From an uncultured Verrucomicrobiae bacterium (lineage in GTDB: Bacteria; Verrucomicrobiota; Verrucomicrobiia; Limisphaerales; Palsa-1400), in contig CAVXRD010000001.1 of assembly GCA_963764165.1 (NCBI GenBank), forward strand, positions 480,001 to 544,000: a stretch of DNA of 64,000 bases, read 5' to 3'. The position numbers were made by a program, and so were the translations under genes. The first letter of the stretch is position 1. The number at the start of each line of letters is the position of its first letter. Positions 57,314 to 64,000 of the stretch are shown here, in pieces. A model generated the notes under the pieces. It saw nothing but the letters and a program-made list of their open reading frames with translations, made no database searches and was not told the origin of the DNA.

Positions 57314-59593
57314 TCACGCGCCTTTAACCACGCCCTTGCGAAATGCGATGAGCCATACACCGCACGCCACGAGTGAGGTCGCGGAGATGACCACTCCGGT
57401 TTCGAAGGCCGCGTCCTTATATATGACATCAACTTCGTGCGCGCCGGCGGGAACTTCGAGCGCCTGAAACGCGTAATTGGCCCGCCACAATGGCGTTTCA
57501 TTTCCATCGACGCGGGCGCGCCAGTTTGGAAAATATGTTTGAGCGATCACCACCATCGCAGGAGTGGCGCTTTGTGTTTTGAAATGGATTGCGTGCGCGG
57601 AGAATTGCGGGAAAAGAATTTCGGAGCCCCCGCCGCCGCTCGCATGCACGGCATTCCGCGCATCGTCCAGCAGGCAGACGAGGCGCGACGAATCGAATTG
57701 GTCGGAAAAAATCGTGGTCAGCGCATTGGCCTCGCTGAGGAAAATTGGCTTTTGACCAGCGGAGATCAACGGGCGCGCTGTCGGTCGATGATTCCATCCA
57801 AAGACATTGGTGGGATTGCCGATTTCGGAAATTCCCAAAAAATCCAGCAGTCCCACGGCGTCGTTGGTTCCAAAATAAACTCCTTTGAAAATATTCAAAT
57901 ACAGAGGCGAATCGAGCGGCGTGAATCCATCAAACTTCGCGGCGTCATCCAGCAAATTAAGGTTCATGAACATCGAGTAGCGGCGGGCCTGGAGATCGTC
58001 ATCGGGATCCTTGGAGCCGTGGTTGAGCATCACCCAAAAGGTCTCTTTGCCCCGCATGGCGCGGGTGGTTCCAGCGCGCATCTCATCACGCCAGCCGAAC
58101 AACTGGCGAACCATGCCCGGCTCGAACTGCCCCACCGACGCCGTCGGGCTTAGGTCCGGCGCGTGCGTCAGCACGTCCATCCAGGCCAGAAAAAGCACGC
58201 CTGCCTGCGCACAGCGTTGTGTCTTCGCGCCGCCAAGCCGGAAGGCGAACGGGATGCAGCCCGCCGTGGCAATCAAGAACACACATCGCAGCCCGGCGTT
58301 GCCGAGAATTGTGCCAAAGTCGTCACCTTGCGGATGCAACTTCTCGAACGCCACCACGGTGGCCACCAGCGCCAGCGCAGCGAACACCAGTCGTTTCGCA
58401 TGATTCCACTCCACGCGCCACTTCTCCGGCTCGGCCTTCGTCAGCCAGACGACTCCAAAGGCCGCCAGCAACGGCAGGGCAAACGTCACCATCATCACAT
58501 ACTTCACTGGGAAGCGAATAAAACCGAGAATGGGAATGAGCTTGACAGCAAATTCCTGGACGAATCCGCCCTCCCCAAACGACATGAGCAACCCGACCGC
58601 CGCCACGCCGGCGAGCAACCGGACGCGGACATCGCGCGAGCGCCACACCGCCAACAGCGCCAATACGACTATGCTGATTCCCACGTAATACGATCCCGTC
58701 CACGGCTGGTTCGCCTGCATGTAAACGCCGTTGTAATTTGGCTGGCAGTGAAACAGCGGCACGAAGTAATTGATCCATCCCGTCAACGGCATCGCGGCGA
58801 TTTGTCCGTAGTCGCTTGTGGCAAAATCGGCGGTTCGATGCGACTGCCCGAGGAACGACACGAACGGAAGCACTTGGGCCATCGCCAGACCCGCGCCGAG
58901 AATCGCCGGAGTGAGGCTTCGCGCGAAAATTTGCCATTGCGCTTTGGGCCGCGCGGCCAAGTCAGCGGCGGCCAGCAATACCGCAATGACTGCTGTTTGG
59001 AGAACTAATTCCGCCCCGCCCGAAAGAAGCTGCAAGCCAACCGCCAGCGCCGCGTAAACAATAAATTTCCCGCCCTCCTCCCGCGCCCGCTCCAGCAACA
59101 GGATAACCCACGGCATCCATCCCATCGCGGCTTCCATATACGGCCACATGACGCCGTACCAGGTGAATCCGTTGAAGGCAAACACCAATCCGGCCAGGGA
59201 TGCTGCAAAACAATTTCCCGTCCAGCGCCGCGTTAGAAAATACATTCCCATTCCGCCAAGAAACATGTGGCCAAGGGAAAACATCCCGAACGACCACGGC
59301 ATTGGGAAGATCACATAAAAAAGCGCGGGCGGATAAAGCGCCATGGTGTTCCATTGGGCCAGGAACGGAATGCCGCAGCTATTGAGCGGATTCCAGAGTG
59401 GAATCTCTCCCCGCCGGATGGACTCGCGCAAATAATATCCAAACGGGTAGGCGAATTGCGAAGCGTCGCCATAACCGAAGGCGCGCCACGCAAGAACGAC
59501 CTTGGGAAAGCTCGCGGCAAGGATTAACGCCAGCAAAATGGCGAACCGCACGGGCGAAAACCAGGCGAGCGCGGATTTCTCGGAAGTCACCAT
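57314..59593 (-). CDS. YfhO-family polytopic membrane protein (GT-C-like glycosyltransferase)
   Basis: GEIPLWNP..GIPFLA..YPP; many TM helices; YFPNWRARVDG..ANYAFQALEVPAGAHEV. Confidence 0.88.
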   Translation of the reverse strand: MVTSEKSALAWFSPVRFAILLALILAASFPKVVLAWRAFGYGDASQFAYPFGYYLRESIRRGEIPLWNPLNSCGIPFLAQWNTMALYPPALFYVIFPMPWSFGMFSLGHMFLGGMGMYFLTRRWTGNCFAASLAGLVFAFNGFTWYGVMWPYMEAAMGWMPWVILLLERAREEGGKFIVYAALAVGLQLLSGGAELVLQTAVIAVLLAAADLAARPKAQWQIFARSLTPAILGAGLAMAQVLPFVSFLGQSHRTADFATSDYGQIAAMPLTGWINYFVPLFHCQPNYNGVYMQANQPWTGSYYVGISIVVLALLAVWRSRDVRVRLLAGVAAVGLLMSFGEGGFVQEFAVKLIPILGFIRFPVKYVMMVTFALPLLAAFGVVWLTKAEPEKWRVEWNHAKRLVFAALALVATVVAFEKLHPQGDDFGTILGNAGLRCVFLIATAGCIPFAFRLGGAKTQRCAQAGVLFLAWMDVLTHAPDLSPTASVGQFEPGMVRQLFGWRDEMRAGTTRAMRGKETFWVMLNHGSKDPDDDLQARRYSMFMNLNLLDDAAKFDGFTPLDSPLYLNIFKGVYFGTNDAVGLLDFLGISEIGNPTNVFGWNHRPTARPLISAGQKPIFLSEANALTTIFSDQFDSSRLVCLLDDARNAVHASGGGGSEILFPQFSAHAIHFKTQSATPAMVVIAQTYFPNWRARVDGNETPLWRANYAFQALEVPAGAHEVDVIYKDAAFETGVVISATSLVACGVWLIAFRKGVVKGA

Positions 59594-61185
59594 AAATGAA
59601 CCGGGTATTCCCACACCCAGTCTCCTTCTTTTTCGTCGAACATTTTCTTGCCATTAACACCGCCGTCGTCCGTTTCATTCCAGCCCACCGAGTAAAGAAC
59701 GAACTGGCCGTCCTTTGTTAGGTGATATTTATAGGGCTTTCCGGTGATCACATCGTTGGGCACTTGAGACATAAATTTCGGTGTCAACTCGTCCAAGGTC
59801 TCCGGGAATTGCCGGTTGGCCAGGCGGTATCGCTCAAGGGCACAGGCGATGGCGGCTTGGTTGGCGGCTGTCTGCGACGCCGCTGCTCTGATGATCAATT
59901 TGCTTAAAAAATCAAGATTTGCCGACATGGCCCAATGTTGCACGATGGACTTCAACGACAGGCGCTCGGAGGACTCTCGAAATTTTCTGGTTAATCCTGC
60001 GCGGTTCGACGCGTCGATCGCTGGGAAGACCCGTTTCGCAGGCGAATCGAAAATTCCCCGTATTCGAGCGTCAAAAGACTCGCAGTATCCCAGAGTTTCC
60101 AGATCATACCATCCGGAAGGCATGATTTTGCCCACCAGATCAAGTAACTTTTTATGCGAGGTCGGCTGGCCGATGTTGTCGGAATCGCCGATTTCAAGAT
60201 AGTAGAGGTCATCCAACTGGCCGAGACCTGTCTTTCTCAAATGCGCTATTTCACGTATCCCGAATGTGCGCTCCCCTATGATTGGTTGAACGATGTCCGC
60301 GAGAAAATCATATTGTTCCAGACATTTCTGGAGATCCAGCAATTGTGATTCATCCCAATGGTGTTCGGCCAAGCCTTCCCAGATTGGTTGAATCACGATT
60401 TGAAAGTCAAATATACGAACCAAAGAGGAGATGACAACAGGCTCCGTCTTGACGGAATCTGTCAAATAGAGCGCCAGCTTCACATGACTCAGCGCCAAAT
60501 CCGGTTTCCCCGCCGCCAGTTCTGCGCCCGCCAGCAGATTCAGTCGCTGGCAAATTCTTTTGATATTAGCAAGATGGCTGAACAAAATCTGCGCAGGATC
60601 CTCCGCGTCGAAATTGAGGGGAAAACGGCAGGAAGGCCGGGCGCTGGCCGCTTGAAGTTCAGCAAAGGCCTCGTCATCCGGCTTCATTCCTTCCAAGACC
60701 GCCAAAGCGGCAGATCGCCGAGCGTCCGGGTCCGTTTCATCCGACTCAAAATTTTGACCAGCCTTCAGTTCACCAGCCTGGAGCGCAATCCAAGCCTTCT
60801 GCCAGCCTACGAGGTCCAGAAAATGGCGGTGCCCCAGAAAGGATTGGTAATTTGTATGAAAAACATAATCGTCGGCGCGGGCGAAAAGATCGTTGGTAAG
60901 AATGGGTTCCTTGCCTTGAAACAATGATTGAGCGATGGGGGTTTTGGCGAAATTCTCCTCATCGGAGACAGGTTTTGGAACAAGCGAGAGAAAATCTAGC
61001 GTCTCGCCGCGCGCCTCCGCGGCCTTGCGATACCGTTTCCAATCTCGTTGGCCGCGCCAATCCTCCTCGGCGTAAAATGCTCCCGTCAGCACAGCCACAC
61101 CCGCCAGCCACATCAGGGAGCAACGCCACCAAGGCCCTCGAAAGAGCCAGCACGTCCACCGCGGCTGGGGCATGGCAGGTTTCAT
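59587..61185 (-). CDS. Membrane-anchored hypothetical protein with a GspG/pilin-like C-terminal module
   Basis: N-terminal TM helix (YAEEDWRG); ACALERYRLA..FPETLDEL.P..P.D..G.PYKY..LYSVG.N..DDGG..DWVW; 7-bp overlap with the next gene. Confidence 0.8.
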   Translation of the reverse strand: MKPAMPQPRWTCWLFRGPWWRCSLMWLAGVAVLTGAFYAEEDWRGQRDWKRYRKAAEARGETLDFLSLVPKPVSDEENFAKTPIAQSLFQGKEPILTNDLFARADDYVFHTNYQSFLGHRHFLDLVGWQKAWIALQAGELKAGQNFESDETDPDARRSAALAVLEGMKPDDEAFAELQAASARPSCRFPLNFDAEDPAQILFSHLANIKRICQRLNLLAGAELAAGKPDLALSHVKLALYLTDSVKTEPVVISSLVRIFDFQIVIQPIWEGLAEHHWDESQLLDLQKCLEQYDFLADIVQPIIGERTFGIREIAHLRKTGLGQLDDLYYLEIGDSDNIGQPTSHKKLLDLVGKIMPSGWYDLETLGYCESFDARIRGIFDSPAKRVFPAIDASNRAGLTRKFRESSERLSLKSIVQHWAMSANLDFLSKLIIRAAASQTAANQAAIACALERYRLANRQFPETLDELTPKFMSQVPNDVITGKPYKYHLTKDGQFVLYSVGWNETDDGGVNGKKMFDEKEGDWVWEYPVHLW

Positions 61186-61260
61186 CCGTTGTCCGGGGAC
61201 AATAAGCCGGGCCTCAGGTTAGGGCAATGCATCATCTCCCCGGTTCGTGTGCGCGCCTCC

Positions 61261-62502
61261 TTATTTCCCCAACAACAGAATGCACGCAATGAGCGAAATA
61301 GGCATCACCACCAAACCGACTTTTAGGAATTCCCATGCGGAAATCTTCACGCCCTCGCGCCGCAACGCCATCAGCCAGAGAATCGTCGCCAGCGAGCCAG
61401 TCACGGAAAGATTCGGCCCCAAATCCACGCCGATGAGCGTTGAGTTGATGATCCACGATTGCGTTTGCGTTCCGTGGAGCACGTTTCCGCAGATCAAGCC
61501 GACGGGCAGATTGTTCATGACGTTCGAGAGCAGTCCAACGCCGCCAGCCGCCATCATTTTCCCCACTGCGAATTCCTGCTTCTCCAAAAACTTCACGCTT
61601 TGATGGGCCAGGTCCGACACTCCCGCCCCCTGCAACGCTTCAACAATCACAAACAATCCGGCCACCAACGGAATGACGGACCACGAAACTCCCTTCGCGA
61701 TTTTCAGCGGAACGCGGCTGTCGCGCGTGGCGACCAGCGCCGTCGCAACGACGGCGGCGACGCAAGTTGGCGCGCCCAGCGGCCATCCCAGCGCGGATGC
61801 CACCATCAACGACACTGCCGCAAGGACAAGACCGCCCAGGGCCAGCCGGCCTTCCAGCGTTAGCTTCGTCTGGCGAAGCGTCTCGCGAATCGGCTGATGC
61901 AGTCGTTTTCCTGACAGCCAGCGCAGGCAGAAAAATGTCACTATGATCGACACGAGTGACGGGGCGAGGAAGATTTTCATCCACTCCCACAGTCGCGGCA
62001 TGCCCTGGCTGAAAATCACCAGATTGGCGGGGTTGGAAATGGGGAGCACGAAGCTGGCCGCATTCGCAATGAGAGCGCAGCCGAGAAGATGCGGCACAGG
62101 ATCCACTTTCAATCGCCGCACAATTGTCAAAACAGCCGGCGTCAACACAACAGCGGTGGCGTCGTTCGAGAGAAAAATAGTCACCACTGTCCCGGCAAGG
62201 TAAACGAGTAAAAACAAACGCGTCGCGGAATCCCTCGCTTGGCTGGCGGCGATTTCCGCGATCCAATCGAAGACTCCTTTTTCGCGGGCCAGTTCCGACA
62301 GCAGCATCATGCCGGTCAGGAACAGATAAACATCGAGTCCCTTGAGCACCGCGCTTCCGGCTTGCCGGGGAGTGATCAGAGCGCAAAGCAGCAAGACGGC
62401 CGCGCCGCCGCAAGCCCACCAGGCTTCAGCAATGTCGCGCGGGCGGAACAAAACGCAGGCGATGGCCGCCAGCGAGATTATCCAAACCAATCCAGAACTC
62501 AT
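61261..62502 (-). CDS. ArsB/NhaD (ion transporter superfamily) membrane protein
   Basis: LSNDATAVVLTP, ANAASFVLPISNPANL, NNLP, GVDLGPNLSVTGSLATILW. Confidence 0.88.
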   Translation of the reverse strand: MSSGLVWIISLAAIACVLFRPRDIAEAWWACGGAAVLLLCALITPRQAGSAVLKGLDVYLFLTGMMLLSELAREKGVFDWIAEIAASQARDSATRLFLLVYLAGTVVTIFLSNDATAVVLTPAVLTIVRRLKVDPVPHLLGCALIANAASFVLPISNPANLVIFSQGMPRLWEWMKIFLAPSLVSIIVTFFCLRWLSGKRLHQPIRETLRQTKLTLEGRLALGGLVLAAVSLMVASALGWPLGAPTCVAAVVATALVATRDSRVPLKIAKGVSWSVIPLVAGLFVIVEALQGAGVSDLAHQSVKFLEKQEFAVGKMMAAGGVGLLSNVMNNLPVGLICGNVLHGTQTQSWIINSTLIGVDLGPNLSVTGSLATILWLMALRREGVKISAWEFLKVGLVVMPISLIACILLLGK

Positions 62503-62647
62503 TCGCGCTACAAAATATCTCCGCGCTTTCGCCAGCCGCAAGAGTGCCGCACAAATTTCTTTCTCCTTTTGGCAACCGGTTGCAACGACGTTTTGAGCTT
62601 ATCGGCGCCGCGGTGCGCGCGGTCGTCACCGCGGCCGCGATGAATGG

Positions 62648-62810
62648 AAAAAGAATTGAACAGAAGGACACGAAGCACACAAAGAAAAGCAAGAACCGGG
62701 AATTTCCTTTTTCTTGGTTAGCGCCTCAATAAAAACCTGCATCCATAAATAGCGGGAGCCATCGCCTTGCCCTCTTTGAGTCCTTTGTGTCCTTCTGTTC
62801 AATTCTTTTT
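62648..62810. mobile_element. MITE-like element with 38-bp inverted repeats
   Basis: AAAAAGAATTGAACAGAAGGACACGAAGCACACAAAGA (62648-85) versus the reverse complement of 62773-62810, 35/38. Confidence 0.75.
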
Positions 62811-62949
62811 TCCCCTGTAATCCGACATGTCAAAAGCAAACAGACAAGGGCGGCAAAAATTCTGTCTCCACCCCAGCCGCCAGCATCCGTCCTAAATGAC
62901 TTTCTTTCCGCTCGGCCTGCGCGTATTCTTCTTACAGGCATAAGGATTT

Positions 62950-64000
62950 ATGTTTTGCGCTGCCACAGCCGCTCTGATTCGAGCCACCCGCACCTTGGTG
63001 CGCGGAGCCGCTGTTGTCATCTCGCTCGCTCTTGCATTCGGAGCCGCTGCGCAAACCAATAAGACTGGCGCAGATGTTTCCACCAGCGCGCCAGCTTCGA
63101 CGAACGAAGCCACTCTGTCGCTGCAAGTCATCGACGTGGAAACCAGCCAGCCCATTCCCGATGTCAAAATTCGCGCCTGGGTTCACGCCAGCCCGACGGA
63201 CAAGGGCGGCGTCAGCGTCATTCCGGTTCCCAAACCCACCTCCGAGAACTTCTCCTACAGAATCAGCCTGGCCAAGGATGGCTACGTGGGCGAAACCATC
63301 ACCTGGTCAAAAGGTCAAGGGGACAAGTTCACGGATATCCCGACCAATCTAGTCGCCAAGATGGAGAAAGGCGTGTCCATCGGCGGGACTGTCAAGAATG
63401 ACAATGGCGAACCCGTTCCGGGAGCGCGCGTCATTTTCTCCGGCATATCTTCGGCGGAAACCGATGACCGCGCGCGCAGCGTTATTGCTCCCAATTATCA
63501 CGTCGAGCGCACCGATGCCGAGGGCCATTGGCATTACGGCGAGGCGCCGCGCGATTTCGAGCGTTTGACCTTCCGCGTCGTGCATCCTGATTTTTTCCCG
63601 ACCCTTTTCGCGGCCGAGGGCGCGTTGGGCGACACCACCATTAAGATTTTGCCGAAAGCGGATTTTCTGGCCGGAAAGGCGGCGATGATTTTGGGACACG
63701 GCCTGGAATTGCTCGGAAAAGTTGTCGATCCAAACGGGAAACCAATCGCCGATGCCACCGTCACGCGCAATCACGAATGGCGCAATCCCGCCGCCCAGCT
63801 CATGACGGACACCAACGGCGAATTTAAAATTCTCAACCTAAGGCCCGGTGAAATGTATTTGACGGTTCAATCCCCGGGAATGGCCGGTTGGGCACAATTA
63901 TTGACGCTCAGCAATGGGATGCCGGATTTGAAAATTGAACTGGCGCGCGGCAATGTTTTCAATGGCCGCATCGTCGAACCATCCGGCAAACCCGTCATCG
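62950..64000 (+). CDS. Exported protein with carboxypeptidase-regulatory-like (transthyretin-like) domains; runs off the right edge
   Basis: Not in the ORF track. MFCAATAALIRATRTLVRGAAVVISLALAFGAAA signal; IGGTVKNDNGEPVPGARV, GKVVDPNGKPIADATV, TDTNGEF, GRIVEPSGKPV. Confidence 0.85.
   Translation, partial: MFCAATAALIRATRTLVRGAAVVISLALAFGAAAQTNKTGADVSTSAPASTNEATLSLQVIDVETSQPIPDVKIRAWVHASPTDKGGVSVIPVPKPTSENFSYRISLAKDGYVGETITWSKGQGDKFTDIPTNLVAKMEKGVSIGGTVKNDNGEPVPGARVIFSGISSAETDDRARSVIAPNYHVERTDAEGHWHYGEAPRDFERLTFRVVHPDFFPTLFAAEGALGDTTIKILPKADFLAGKAAMILGHGLELLGKVVDPNGKPIADATVTRNHEWRNPAAQLMTDTNGEFKILNLRPGEMYLTVQSPGMAGWAQLLTLSNGMPDLKIELARGNVFNGRIVEPSGKPVI

Noticed and set aside
61261..62502. Arsenic-resistance operon
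   Set aside because: No arsR or arsC nearby; substrate cannot be assigned, so no gene symbol is given.
1..64000. tRNA, rRNA and riboswitch genes
   Set aside because: None recognised by eye in the intergenic gaps; an Infernal/Rfam scan is needed to exclude them.

Overview
Bacterial chromosomal window, roughly 55-62% GC by eye. Its gene families (LamG/Ig/DUF2341 secreted proteins, prepilin H-X9-DG protein, ECF-STK pair, GTAG-type REPs) point to Verrucomicrobiota, probably a Pedosphaera/Limisphaera-like lineage (inference). Contents in order: (1) 1-15.9 kb, a minus-strand block with an ECF sigma factor, a Ser/Thr kinase, four large secreted modular proteins and an ECF pseudogene; (2) tyrA-aroA-cmk; (3) a CheB-CheR-PAS-GAF-histidine kinase with its receiver protein, and an HtrA-type protease; (4) a Kelch protein; (5) a GlcNAc/chitin-type locus (LamG and prepilin genes divergent from GH20-HK-RR-GH18); (6) a rhamnose-glycan locus (two GH78, HK/RR with a CBM67-like sensor) interrupted by a repeat-rich islet with a DUF3883 nuclease; (7) YfhO-like, pilin-tail, ArsB-like and carboxypeptidase-regulatory-domain genes. 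I recognised no rRNA, tRNA, CRISPR array or intact transposase. Most interesting signals: a shared C-terminal FY[RKF] domain on five secreted proteins together with a strong directional Thr-Asn bias (candidate export and glycosylation code); a dockerin-like/cohesin-like gene pair behind a promoter motif shared with the kinase gene (candidate scaffolded surface complex under ECF-STK control); a histidine kinase that reuses the rhamnosidase sugar-binding module; and small inverted-repeat elements, one containing a GxxExxY gene remnant. All domain calls come from reading motifs, not from database searches, and all counts are manual.
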